A stretch of DNA of 64,000 nt from Trichosphaerium sp. ATCC 40318 (lineage: Eukaryota; Protista; Tubulinea), in the NCBI GenBank assembly GCA_038496445.1, contig JALMLS010000124.1, positions 1-64,000 on the forward strand, read 5' to 3'. A program made the translations under genes and the position numbers. A model generated the notes under the pieces. It was not told the origin of the DNA, did not search any database, and saw only the letters and a list, made by a program, of their open reading frames with translations. Each line of letters begins with the position of its first letter. Positions within the stretch are counted from its first letter, which is position 1. Positions 1-13,424 of this stretch are shown here, piece after piece.

Positions 1-250
1 TACTAGGTACCGGCCTGATGAACTGAAGGATGATGTTCTACGCATATCTGATGGCTTGTATAACTTTGTTTTGGACGACGAACATACCATACTAGTTGGA
101 GAACAAGGAGTATACACGTGCTGTACGTTGGGAAAGTACTGTGGTGAAAGGCTTGAACAATTACATCCTCAACAAAACGAAAAGTATGGAGCTAGCATTC
201 TAAAAGTAAACTATGAACATCAGAAAAGGAGTAGAACAGTTGAGTACTGA
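1..250 (+). CDS. 3' end of a Vint (Hint-like) domain protein, partial
   Basis: Last exon reads YRPDEL...LYNFVLDDEHTILVGEQGVYTCCTLG, resembling the Vint motif YNFVLD..H...V....C.TLG; stop at 248-250. Confidence 0.55.
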   Translation, partial: TRYRPDELKDDVLRISDGLYNFVLDDEHTILVGEQGVYTCCTLGKYCGERLEQLHPQQNEKYGASILKVNYEHQKRSRTVEY

Positions 251-785
251 TAAACAATTCCGTATAACCTTTTTCATAAAAAGTTGCTATTCTGTCGATT
301 CACGTGATTCTTTTTGACACCTCAAACAAGAACCCAATCTACTGACATTTATTTTTCACTAAATCTCTTTTGTACTATGCTTTGTTATCAATGCACAATA
401 GAGCAATAACATCAGCTTGTGTACAGTGTACCACTGTCTCTATAACAAATAGCCTTTTTAAAGTGGAATACTGAAATCTTGTAAGAGCGTTTCTACCGAC
501 TCAAACACAAAAATTATTTTATAACCTTGTTCGCACAACTACTACTCCTTCAGGGATGTAGTAAAAATAAAGACCAATGAAACAAAAAAGGACACTTAAC
601 ATGACAAGCGGCAATGTAGTGAAAACGTGGCGATAATTGACAAGTTTTACGAGATTTCCTCTACGTTCAGTTCAATATCCTAAAGACAAAACGTGCTTGG
701 TATTCAAATCCAGAAATTCTAAATTGTCAAACTTTAGAAGGCTTATTGAGGTATGATATTGGTGTATTTACTAGATACATCTGTT

Positions 786-3700
786 TTAAGCAACATTTAT
801 AAGTATAGGGGATGCATTCACAGTTATGGTCCATGAGTTACCGTTTGCAGTGAACAACTATTAAAATTGTATTAGATACCAGAAAAAAAACTCTAACTTA
901 CATTTGTGACTTTTTCTACACCTGCTTCTGTTCCTAAAAACTTCCATGCGAAAGTCTCTTGTGCGTTAATATTAGGAATTGTAACTTGCACTTTTTGTTG
1001 GGTAGCAGAGTTTCCATCTATAGGCAACCAAGCGACAATAAAAGTTGGTTTTTCTTTATCAAAAAGTTAGTTGCATTCAGAGTCATGTAGTTGTTCGTAC
1101 GTTGTGCGTCTCCAAGCAAATATATGTAAGCGTCTTCATCTTGTTTTACAACATCTAAAAAGTGCATATCACCTACAAGTCCGAGAAGAGCCTTTAAAGT
1201 ACGTAAGAAAGAACAAGCAACAAGAAGAGTTGTACCTTAAAATTGTAATACACCATTTTTTTCTTGTAATTGACTTTAGGAGAACCAGTTACACCACTCC
1301 TGCAGAAAAGAGTAGAACATCCTTTGGAGTTAGCGTAGAAAAACCAAAAGGCTTTATCGATTCCTTCACGTGCAGCCTTAAACAACCCACGCACTATCGA
1401 CAAACTTAGTGTTGAACAAAACCCAGCATCGAAAATAACTTACAACCGTAGACTGAAGAAGCCAACTCACTAACGCATGAGTCATGATACCTATCAGGCA
1501 CGCAATACTCTCCAACACCATCAGAGTCATAACTAAGAAGCTGTTGTTAGTCATAAAAGCGCGTGATTGACGATTATTCGTACCCCCACTCTGTAAGGTA
1601 AACTGGCTTTCCTGGGAAGTTAACATCTCTGTAAGTGAGCATATTTCGAATTGCGTTAAAGTCGGATAGCCTAGCAGTATTAGAAAAGCACGTGATTGTT
1701 GTTTTCCTTCAAAAGTAGTTAAAAAGCGTACGGATCTTCTGGCATTGTTGCAACAAGTACATTTGTGCCGTTTCTGTAAGCAGAGTAAGCGTGAATATTT
1801 AGTCCATCTATGTATGGAGCGTTAACTTCTGTAATACGTCCACCAACATAGTTTCCGCCCTATAGGTATTTAATTTCAAGGTACTCGAATGTAGTCGTAC
1901 AGTGAGAGGATCAGGATCTGGGAATGTGGCTTGCAGTGCACATGGGAATACTTGGAAATCAGAATCAGCATCCTTAGCTCCTTTCGCCATACCACTGTCA
2001 AAAATAGTTAGAAGTGGTTGCAAGTTGCTTCAGTTTGGTTTTCCGTTCACCTTAATATTTTGGTGTAAAAGTCTGCTGGATACTTCCAAGGTTCGTTACC
2101 AACTATGGGTGGAAACTGTTATTTTAATATGACTATAATAGGTTCCGTACCTTCTAAAGTTTTTACCAAACCTCTTCCCTTTTCAGACGCGTTTGGACCA
2201 AACCATTCTGAATACGCTTTTCCTAAAGTCAACAATTTAGTGTTGTATAACCAATATCCAGCTACCGTAATTGTAAGCATCTTGATACGCATCTGTCCAC
2301 TTGTCTACTGCTGTAGCTCCGGAATTTGCAAACTGAATCGACGCCTCAACCGAAATACCAGCAGCCTGTTGCGAACATGTGATTGTGTTAAGAATGTAGT
2401 TTTCAGACGTACGTTCCAAGCTCCATATTCTGTGTCCCAGTTTAGCCATGAAAGTGATTCGGTACCATGACCTTCTGACATGTTTTTGTAGTTTGGGATG
2501 TGGTTGGGACTTGGAAAAGCACTAAGTCTAATGTCGTTGACAATGCACTTACGTTTTTACGTCCCACAACAAGTTGTGATAATTTCTTGCACTAGGAGCA
2601 ACTGGAGCGTATAGAAGTGGTCCCATGGAATCATTTTTGAGGTTAGAAGAATCATAACCTGTGCCCCATCCCCAAATACCTAACGACAACAATAAGCTAA
2701 AGAAATTATTGAAGACCACATTTCCGTGATGACGAACCGTTGATGCCTGCCAATGTATGGAAGTTGTTTGGGTTAAAAACTGGTTTTCTTGGAGCACCAT
2801 AAGGACCATATTTATCATACGCATTGATGACTTGAACAACTACTTTTTCGTATGGTTTTTCTACAATTTGTTTGATTGCTATTATCTGTGCGTTTACAGT
2901 CTTGCCCTACCATGAGAATAAGACAAAAAAATACAGTTTGAAAAGGATAATAAGGGTACCAAGATGTAATCCACTTTCGGTTGAGTGTTTGGCTTCAAAG
3001 GTAATATGACTGAAAGATCATCCACAGAAGATCCTGCCAATACATTTATTGAGCTAGCGCCGCTGAAAACACGAAGAGAAAGCCATCCTATGTCCATTGA
3101 TTTACCCAAATCAACAGTCTAAGAAAAGAATAAGAACAGGTATTTCAATCATTTGTGTTGCACAAAAACTATCGTACAATTTGTTCGTAGCATTGCTGGT
3201 TAGTTACTGATACTTGGTTAAGTCCTAATTTCCCTGTAGAATTGACAACGAATCCTTTAACATTTGATAACATTGGCGTTATCATTATAAACTTGTAGCT
3301 TTCAGCCGATGTGTATGTTTTAAGGAGTGTGTTAGTTCCATCTTCCATAATAGCGTAAGCCGTGGCATCACCGTTGAATGTGCCTGTTAATAGAGTTATA
3401 GAAGTTCAGCAGTAAGTTATAGAAGAAAAAAGAGCTGGCAGGTACCTCTAAGCGCAAAGTCATGGACCATTGTTGGCGCCTTTAAAGTGACTTCAAAAGA
3501 AGCAACACCATCGACAACGTTAATAGTTGTGCTAGTATACGCCACATTGCCGTCAGTAATTGTAGTAAGATTTGCGGATTTATCAGGGGACGAGCACTAA
3601 AGAAATAATTTAACACGGAAGTTTTTTGTCCAATTGTTTTGTGAACGAAAAATAAGATACACTTTTGGAGTGGGTAATTGTAGGCTCAAAAACACGTGAC

Positions 3701-4310
3701 AGAAAAGTTTTCCACGTGATTTTCGGCGAGTTAAAACATTACGTACTTGGCTTTCAGCACATAGATTTAGAAGCGGGTTGATATCTGTTCTGACAACAAA
3801 GCCAGAAGGCAAACAAGACCCACTTTCCCATTCTAAAAAACATTTCATAAATAAACTACAACAACTGCCGAAATTATATGATGCTACCACGTGCCTGTAC
3901 TTATATTATCATCTAATACATTTTTTGGAACGTTTACAGTATTTAAAACTGACGTTGCTACAAAAACGGCCAATTAATAACACTGTTTTAAATTGTAAGG
4001 TTTATTTGTTTAAGACGTACCAGTCGCGGTTGCTTTTGAAGTGTATGAAGGGATCAACCCTGCATTCTCGTCAAAGGCACTAACAGATACTAAAAAAGCT
4101 ATAATCAACACAATTATATGCATTTGGTGGATGCTGTGGTGTTGTGACGTATAAATGAAAAGTTTTCACATGACGTGTACATTTTATTGTGAACCGTGTA
4201 CACCACAGTGGAGCACGGTGGCGAGTGTTTACTAATATTGGTAGAGAGATAAAACACTTTACGACAATTGTGACGTCCAACACAAGAATGAGCATAGAAG
4301 AAAGAAGTGA
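786..4310 (-). CDS. Multi-exon clan GH-A glycoside hydrolase with N-terminal discoidin/F5-8-like module, probably secreted (5' end approximate)
   Basis: Manual splicing gives VGNEPWK (2083-2103, acid/base Glu motif), LNIHAYS and PGKPVYLTEWGYE (~1578-1615, nucleophile motif). N-terminal exons give NVLDDNISTEWESG. Stop TAA at 786-788. Confidence 0.7.
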
Positions 4311-4432
4311 CCATAAGAAAGTACGAAGTGACAAATTGCAAAAAAATATCAACAGGTACAAAAAGATGCGGACATACAGATGTTACATTATTTTCTAGCA
4401 AAGCGTGAAGGAAATTTAGCATAGATTGTTTT

Positions 4433-6976
4433 TTATTGAGAGTTTGTAACATCCATACAATCACAAGCAGGTCCCCAAAGTCCACAATACTCACAAGGAT
4501 CACCACTACCAGAAACAACATATTCAAACTCTTCGATTAGCTTCTTGTAGTTTGCTTTCTTTGCACACAAAATACTGTGCGTCCAAGTGCGTGGTGTTGA
4601 TTTGCCTCGAAGAGCAAGAAGTTGATTTCGTAACTTAAGCTCCCTTTTTTTGTTTCTTGGCTTCTTTGTTGCCGTTTCCAGCCAGCTGGTATAAGCTCTG
4701 TCTATAGATAGTTGTACCTCAGGATCGGTGATGTGTAGGTACGCCATGACATAGACCAAGTTGAGCAAGTCGTCCGAAGGGCGGTACTTGTGTATCGCGT
4801 CTGGCTTGAAATTTTGCAGAAGTTTGAAATCAGCAAACTTTAGCCCTCCTTCAATAGTCACCGGCGCACCAGTCTTTACAGATGATCCCCAATCTATCAG
4901 GAGAGGCTCATTTGTATCACCGTTAATAACAATATTAGATACCGAAATATCTCTAAGAAAATAGTAAGAATACGAAAGGATCACGTGATAAAAAAAAACA
5001 CTTGGAAAAAAGTAAAAAGTAAAACGTGCCTATGTATTATCTCGAGGCTATGTGCTGTCTTTAGTATTTTCACTATACCGGCAAAGAACTGTGGCACGTC
5101 ATTAATGTCTCTAATACGGCGTATTTTAACGCCAACTGGTTCTGTGATAATAATAGTTGGCGTGTGCTGTACCTGTAACAAAACGTTAATATTATGCGAG
5201 GTTAAAACCTTTAAAAGAAAAACAAAGAGTGTACCAACTGAGGAACACCGTCTGAACCTGCTAATTTCTTTAAGGACTTAACCTCACTATTTATGGCATC
5301 TCTATGGCTATCAGCAGTTTCACCAAAGTCCTTGACAGCGACTAAGACTCTCTTGTCACCTCGCTTAATAGGTACACCGTAAACAGTTGCAGTTGCGCCA
5401 ATACCCAAAATGTTGTGAGCAATACACATTTCATTGTCGATCTCAAACGATCTAACGTCATGCCCCAAAGCTTCTGGACTCTGAGATAGTAAACCGAACA
5501 GAAATCTGCCTCCTTGACCTCTTAGGTTGTATGGGCCACAGCGATAATACTTCTGTTTGGTAGGATCTTCAAGATCCATAGCCAACTTGAGAATCATAAT
5601 TTTTTCGTAATTCATAAGAATTCCGTAAGCCACTTTTCTCGTTTTTTGAACAAGCATGACTTGGTTCATGTAGTACCACGTCTGGCCAACATGCTCTTCT
5701 GTAAAGTCACCAGCTATATAATCAATAAGCACCAAGAATAAGAAAAAAAACCCCGAAAAAACTAAGAAAGAAACAAAAAAGAGAAAACGTACACCCTTTC
5801 TTCATCTCCCAGATAGCTATCAAGTGGTATATCTTCATAGTGTTTTTGTCATTTATAACAACCGACTTTGGAAGAACAGACAAATCAGGCTTTGTTTTCT
5901 TGCCATCAGCGCCTGGACCTTTCAAAATCATATTGTGGGTGTTGTATACGCGTAAGTGTTGGAACACAATCTTTTCAACAAATGCACCGACTGCATTAGT
6001 ATAGTGGTCTTCATTTTTCCAATCAGTGTCTAGTAACTGCAAAAAACCATCTGGAATAGCTACTTCAGGAAATTCAAACAATAACCGAAGCATTTTATCC
6101 CATATCAGCCTACCAAGCTGTTCGTACGCTAAAAAAAAATCAGTTATTTTTCAAAAAAAAAAAAAAAAAGGAAACGCCACAACGGAAAGAAATTGATTGA
6201 GAAATATAAAAGATCAATCTTCAAACAAAAGGATTACTATAAAACAGATGAGGAAACGTCTGGAGTATTATAGTTTTAGCTTAAGCGATAGTTTGTCATT
6301 TCAACAAAAAAAAGAGGGAAAAAAAGAAGAAAAAAAATACTCAAGTGTTAACGTACAATGATATGTGAGGCGTGTACACGTCAAATCTCGACCATAACTA
6401 GCCAAGCGTATATACAGCATGAGTAAGTTAATATTCATGTAAGTAATCTTTTCAGAATTCTCTCGCTGTGTTTTTTCCGCTGTTTTCTTATACCGCTTGA
6501 ACGAAGTATCAATCTGTTTAATATGTAGGTCTCTCTTTAGACCACGCTTTACTATATCAGCGTTTTGTTTTTTAATTTGTTTGTTTTCTTCTTTGAGCTC
6601 CTTTTCGAGCCCCTCGATCTTGTTTACTCTATCCATGAGCCTTTTAAAGTCCTGAGACTCATTCGCTAGCTGATCATTTACCCTCAACCCCCGTTGTTTT
6701 GGGGTCTCGCTTGTTGGGTCTATGAGAGCAAGTTAACAAAAAAAGTTTTTCACAAACTGGTTTGAAAAGATAAAAAATGTTGAATTTCTCTTTGAGGTTG
6801 GAAAGTGGTACAAAGTATAGATACACATCTATGTACGTACGCGTTATACTGTATATAGCGTCTATAAGCGGCCCTTTGTTCAGTTTGTAGTACTTGTGAA
6901 TACGTAGACTACTTGCCATCTGCTTCAGGGCGTCCATTTTGAACTTCCACAAGTCGGCTCTTTCGTATACTGACAT
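4433..6976 (-). CDS. Crinkler/CR-effector-like protein: Rho_N/HeH-like header, coiled coil, restriction-endonuclease-fold domain and FunK1-type Ser/Thr kinase
   Basis: Exons encode LKQMASSLRIHKYYKLNKGPLIDAI (header), KPDLSV...AIWEMKK (PD-(D/E)xK), then LGIGATATVYG, VAVK, IIHR|DISVSNI, LIDWG and DDL. Exon 1 joins exon 2 in frame. The link between 6300 and 6130 is less certain. Confidence 0.7.
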
Positions 6977-9195
6977 TTTTGATGATTAGTTGCGTTGGTG
7001 CTGTGGATTGAGAAATTATGGTTTTTTCATCAAGATTTACAGGAGATAAACATCAGATTTCACGTACGTTTGATGTCATCGACACTATCAGAGTCGCTCA
7101 TTGTACCTTGGTACAAATAGTTAATCACTGAACTTTTCTCTTTTCTCAAAGTGAAAGGAGTTTAGGAATTCCCACAAGCTTTCTATCACCAAACAGAACC
7201 CGATGGGTAACACAAAAATGTAATCCTATACCTCACAATAAAACGCATGAACTATCTGTATCCAGATAAGAAAATAAAGCGGGAGATAACCACAAAGATG
7301 ATAGTTTTACTATGAGTATAAGAGTATTCTGAACCGTTAACGGTTTATCGGACTTTCTCTTAATTTGTACACAATTTGTTGCGCTTTATTTACTCTTACA
7401 CTCTCATTAAACTCAATACACTGGTGTAAATACCTGTGATGGTCTCGTAAGTACGTATTTCAGCGATTTGAAGCTCCGAAAAAAAAAAGTAGCTTTGAGA
7501 GGAAAGTTTTCACTGTAAAAAGACGTTAACGAGGTCAAACAGTAATTGTTGTCATTCAACCAAACAAGTTTAAAATTTATACACAAAATACACGTTCAGA
7601 TCAATTTTACGGTTTCGTCATAGCAAAAAACTTCGGTGTAGAGAGCGGCAGTAGTAACATCAAGTGTAAAGTTAAAAGTTAAATGTTACGAAGATTGATA
7701 AAAATCAGCTGACAAAGTGGTTCAAAATTTGAAACAGGGATTGAAGGACATGAAAGGATCATTGTAATAAGTAAAACCAAATAAAGCGGACTTTTTCCCA
7801 AAAAGCACTAAAATCTCAATTTGTTCAAGAATCTTTACGCTTTTGGTGTTTTGTTGGTACCAAAAAGGAAACTGACGGTTTACGCCCACAGCACCGATTC
7901 TTTCGAGCAATACTGTTCAATGTACCTGACCAAACCATACGCGAGCATAAAAGAGCACAGTTTTTCGAACACGAGCGGTACAATGTTGTTACTCGATGAA
8001 ACGAAAAAGCTACGTATTTGTACTTCGTAAATGACCACAACGGTTTACGAAAAAAAAGCAGAGTTGATAATGCCTTTGATGTTTTAAAACTGGTGACTTC
8101 AAGAAAAACGCTTTTGTGGGATTCAAACTCCATTTCACAACGTCTTACTACTACGTACCTTATTTATACAATAACCAATGCCCATAGATGTATTTGGTTG
8201 ATGATAAAGGAAGAATAAACTATTCGCCGTTAAAACTATTTCTGGCATTAGTATTCGGCGTTTATATCGCTATCCAACCGTTTTTATTGCGTATACTTGC
8301 CTTTTCGGTATACAATCTATAAAAACTGTACTAAATCTAATTAACCTGCGAAAAACATAAGCACTCACGCGTAGGTAAACTAAAAACGCGTAAAAAACGT
8401 TTTGGCGGGTTTTTTTGTCAATTATGTTACCATACGAACTAGAAACGTCTACTTTATACTTCTTAACACTTGGCGTAAGCGTTGGTAATAATGATAGTGT
8501 TGTGCGTACAAACATAAGCAATGTTTCCTTAAAACAGTTAGTTAACTTCTTTTGCATGCCGCTCTCAACTAAGCTCTTTTGGCAACGGCATTGATGCCAC
8601 CTCCTTCGCACTCATCATTATTGCAACTGCAAGTGGTACACTCCATCGGTGTGTAATCAAACTGACAGTTCAAAATGTCAATTGGGATAGAATTGGTATG
8701 ACATGTTGCTGCTAAAAATGGAAGAAAACCATAACTTGTGTTTTGATGTTACTTAAAACGTGTACTTACAAATGACAGCATCTAACCGTCGTACTGACTT
8801 ATTTTTAAACATTCCAGTACGTTACAGACCCAGAAAACACAAATTGCGTTACGTTCATCTAAACGCCGGTGATAGATACAACAAGCAATAGGGAGAAGTA
8901 CTAGAGACCGTAAATTGCTTATTGTTTTATTGCAAGGTAAGAATTAATAACATTGTCCTAACATCGCTGATAATCATAGATTCTACACAAAACAGCGTAA
9001 ACCTAACAAATCTATACAAATTCACTCTAAATAACACAAAAGTAAACCTATAGCCTCATTCTCGTCGAGAACCACACGAATGAACACACAGTACGGCGCT
9101 TATACATATATTAGGTTCAACACGTTCTAAAAGAGGAAGTGATTTCAATTATTCTGGAGCGTCAGTCACCTGACGGCGTAAAATGCTACCAAAAA

Positions 9196-11035
9196 TGTAC
9201 GTAGAAGCATCTAACGGTTTTTATTTTTTCTGGTTTTTTTTTGACAAACAAGACGTCAATAGATACTCCACGGTCTCTGCCTTGTATGTACTTCTTCGCT
9301 AATGGTTCACCTATTATTTCTGTGCAAGGTACGTGTACAACAATCTTGTTTGATGGTAGCAGAAGGGCATCATCTTAAAGTAAACTTTTTTTTATTTAGG
9401 TGCTATTACTGTCAAAAGATTTGAACTTCAGTATAATAAAGCCATCGCTAAATACCAGCAAATGAAACCTGTAACACCTATACAACCAACAAAGGAAGCA
9501 ACTAAGGAAGTCAGTACACCAAGTAATAGAAAGCAAGCCGGTAAAAGACGCCCAAGAGTGCAACATGCATGGAACCAACAATCACCTAAAACAACAAAAC
9601 AACGTACGTTGTTTCATGCTCTAATCTGACCTAATACTCCTTGCCAGCTACTGCCAACAACAATAATGATAACAATGACGAATGGGCTACAGCAGGTACA
9701 AAGAAAAGAGTCAAAAAACGGCCAACAGGCAACGGAGGATTTGTACGATTTCTTGACACGTGATACTTTTTTATTAATTGGAAATACTTTTAGACAATAC
9801 CAGAGAACTTTAAACATACCCAAGATACTTCTTGTTATATCCACAGACAAAGACGAAGCATTGTTTATGTTTCAACTCAAGGTAACAACCGCAAACACTC
9901 TTCTTCCCTTCTTATAAAGTCAGGATGGTCCAAAGAACGATCACGTAACAACCAACCTAAAGAGCCTACAGATGCTTTACAACAAAAATGGAAACAGTAC
10001 GATCACAGTCACTATACCAGAATAGAACCTAACAATACAATCCTGTAGAGAACAACTTGCACTCCTTAAACGTGTTAATTTAACGCCAACTAAAGCTGCT
10101 ATAAAGCTTATAGGCGGACTTGATATATCTTTTCCAAAAGGAAATAAGGTAGATGCTTGTGTTACTCTAGTAGTTTGCGCAAACCCGTCAATGCAAGTGC
10201 GTGGTAGAATTCCTTGTCATGAAGCATTACTAACTGGTAAACAACAGGTCATTTTCGAAGGATATAAAATGTGTAAGTTAGATGCTCCGTACATAGCTGG
10301 GTTCCTAGCATTTAGAGAGGTACTCAACACTTCTTATTAGAATTTGAACTTTTCCAAGTTTTTCTTTGTTACCTACAAAATGTAGCTCGTATACTAGCCG
10401 TCATCAATTAAGCTTGATGTTTCTTAAGGCGTATTGTTGCTTCGATATGTAACTTTTGTTGTTGTAGATACCTGGATACTTATCCTTGATGAAAGAAGTA
10501 AAACGACTTTTTCCAAAATGTTATCCTGATATAATAATGGTTGATAGTAATGGCATCTTACATCCTAGAGGTAAGCACCATCATACATATACGCCTACAA
10601 AGTCAAACTAACAAGTCTCAAGGTTTTGGTGCAGCATGCCATTTGGGTGTACTATTAAATGAACCTTGTATGGGTGTAGCAAAAGCTCTGCATGTCGTTG
10701 ATGGGTTAAATCACCAACATGTTGACAGTCTTCTTGAATCTGCTTACTATGATGGCGAGCATACAGCAATACTTAAAGGGAGATCAGGGAAAACTTATGG
10801 CCATGTACAATCAACAACTCAAGAAGCGAAGTATCTAACTCAATTTATTTCGTAGGTGTATCAACCGGCCACTGGAGAGCCTGTTTTTATATCTCCTGGG
10901 CATAAAATGTCAGTTCAAATGGCTACTTCACTGGCACTTCGTTCAACAAAGCGTGCAAGACAACCAGAGCCTGTTCACCTTGCAGATCTTTATGGTAGAG
11001 AATACTTAGCTCATACATATAAATCACGTCGGTAG
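9196..11035 (+). CDS. ENDOV: Endonuclease V with low-complexity N-terminal extension (start approximate)
   Basis: IGGLDISF, PYIAGFLAFRE, MVDSNGILHPR|GFGAACHLG, MGVAK, PVFISPGH and PEPVHLAD motifs across exons; stop at 11033-11035. Confidence 0.9.
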
Positions 11036-11657
11036 AAATCAAACTCACGTGCTGTTGTCACTTCCCAGGAATGCTCCTTTTTTTTTCACTACCGTCAACA
11101 CCAAAACCCACAATCCAGTAAAGATCAGCCATCAACGTGCACAATTTTCACCGTTTACTGTGGCAGCCCAATGTGCATGAATAATGAATGATAAATACCC
11201 AATAAAATTGAATACTTGTAGATTTAATACTAGAACAAGTTAATGTGAAAAGAACAAGCTCAATCCGGAGAGCATAGTCGTTCAAGTTCTCCAAATAAAC
11301 AAAAGAAAATAATTACCAACGCATCTTTGCTGCCACAACACAAGGTTTCATAATATATGATTGATTCCTGTCAGTACATTCTAGTTTGACGTTTCATTAG
11401 ACTAAATACAACTTATCACGTGATTTGTTTATTCTGTTTCGGATCTCATATATCGCTACAGTCACCCACCGGTATTAACCATTCTTTTAACATTTGGTAT
11501 TCGTACGGCATCAAAACTGGGTCATGTAATACCGAATAGGTAGCTGTACTTAACCACGTAACACGCCCTTAAAGACATTAGATTATACCACTATATATCT
11601 TAGCAGATTATCTGTATTGTAATATATTAAGAACTGAAACGATTATTACGTGTCCAC

Positions 11658-12165
11658 ATGTCACAACAACGCAAATGTACGGCATATCAAAAGGTATATT
11701 CGCTATTTATCTATTTAAGGTATCCAACGCCCTTTCAGAGAGCCAAAAAGCATGTTGGACTTACCAACAGAGATTATAACTCTTATTTTACGGCAAACTA
11801 CAAAAGCGAGATATGCAGCTTGTCAAACATGCCGTCTTCTTGCTTCTATCATTCATGACACTGTTGGCTATGAAAGTGCTATCATCCGGAGCTTATCTGA
11901 AGCTAAAGCGCTGGTAAAACATGCCAGCACTCTACGAAATACAAAAGTCATAATTGATACCACAACCAATATTGGACAAATTGTAAAAGAATTTTCTGGT
12001 GTTCATTGGATTGACCTTAGTTATTGCAATGTTACAGACAAAGATTTAGCATCACTATCAGGCGTTCATACCATCAATCTTAGCGGTAATACACGTATTA
12101 CAGATGAAGGAATAAAATATCTTTCAGGTGCAGCTTCAATTGATCTTAGTTTTTGTAATGGATGA
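11658..12165 (+). pseudogene. Truncated F-box + LRR gene
   Basis: Exon 11658-11676 splices (intron 11677-11719) in frame to MLDLPTEIITLIL (F-box) and three LSGVH.I.LS...TD repeats, then an early TGA. Paralog of 51565-52875. Confidence 0.7.
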
Positions 12166-12673
12166 ATATGTCTGGCATTTCAGGCGTTTGAATTCGTGAG
12201 ACTGAATCTGAACTCAAACTCAACAGAAGAAACACCAACACAATTAACGATGGCTAATATCAACAAACAAAATTTTTTTCTCTCTTTTCTTGTAAAATTC
12301 TTTTCTGTACAGAATGTATTATAATTTCGCAACAAGTGTACTGTAGTGATGTAAATATATACACAACATCAGCGCACTACTGATAGCTACTAAGACATTG
12401 TCTTTCCTCCCAAACAGTCATGTATTTATTGTCTAGCTGGCACAACGGTTATTCTAATGGTATTATGAGGGTATAGTGCCTTTAAAGTGTTCACTTTAGA
12501 TCTTAGTTTTTGTGATGGTATTAAAAGCCGGTTGTCTATACGAAAAGGTGTAAAGGGAAGGTTCTATAATTGGTCACATATGAATGTATAGACCTCTTGA
12601 GTGGTAATAACTTTTATTGTCACTGAATACAGCTATAAGCTCTTTTGACACTGTTTTCAGTTTGTTGTTGAGC

Positions 12674-12767
12674 TATTGTCCGTGTCATTCAAGTTTGCTA
12701 CAGGTTTGGCAGTAGTATCAAAGTGTAAGAGCCTGCAAGAACTAGCAGATCTGTCAGATCTTGTCAG
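12674..12767 (+). repeat. Copy of dispersed repeat TATTGT..GT.TCATTCAAGTTT...AGATCTGTCAGATCT
   Basis: Same two motifs, in the same order, as 39449-39552 (+) and 40114-40233 (-). Confidence 0.55.
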
Positions 12768-13159
12768 CTTTGCTACAAACAACAACAAATAATTAATTAG
12801 TCTTCCATGCCAAACATTCTAATGTTCATTATCTTCCAAGAGCCGATTAGAAGTAATTAAGACTTTCTTTTGTGCGTTTCCAAAGTAACCAAGAGCTTTG
12901 GAATAATTATATTCGAACTACAGTTGAAACAACAACATTTTATAAAATGACTTGGTAGAATGTCTTCGCTTTTTATTGTACAAGAATGTACATCTTTTTG
13001 TTGTGATTTTCATCGCTTTAATACATGGTGGGTTTTAGGATAGTACTGGACGGACCTTTCTAATAATATTCTGAACACTTGTTGCTTGTTGTATACCTTC
13101 TTCTGTAATTGAGTACAACAACTTATGTTAGTGTATGTACCTATCAACGCCTTAAGATG

Positions 13160-13300
13160 AGTGATGAAGGATTAAAATCACTTGCTGGTGTTCTTTGGAT
13201 AGATATCAGGGCTACAAAGTCGCTGATAACAGTGTAAAATCACTCGCTGGGAGCTCACATAATAAAAATGATCAATATTGATTGTGTAAGTAATTCATGT
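13160..13300 (+). pseudogene. Isolated LRR gene fragment
   Basis: tgatgaaggattaaaatcacttgctggtgttc is identical to the start of ~52089-52230 in the intact F-box LRR gene; the match continues with frameshifts. Confidence 0.75.
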
Positions 13301-13424
13301 TTTCATTTTTTTTTACATTAATAGCTTTTTGACAAGTACTTGAACGAAGTTTGTGGTTATGTACAATTTTATGATACATTTCAATAAAACCAATGTTTCC
13401 TTGTTTATACGAGCGAATTCTAGT

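Noticed and set aside
7700-8220. Overlapping short ORFs, possible frameshifted gene
   Set aside because: No recognisable motif or consistent exon chain.
8570-8920. Possible small Cys-rich secreted peptide on the minus strand (CHTNS...CTTCSCNNDEC)
   Set aside because: Could not establish a start codon or an in-frame upstream exon.
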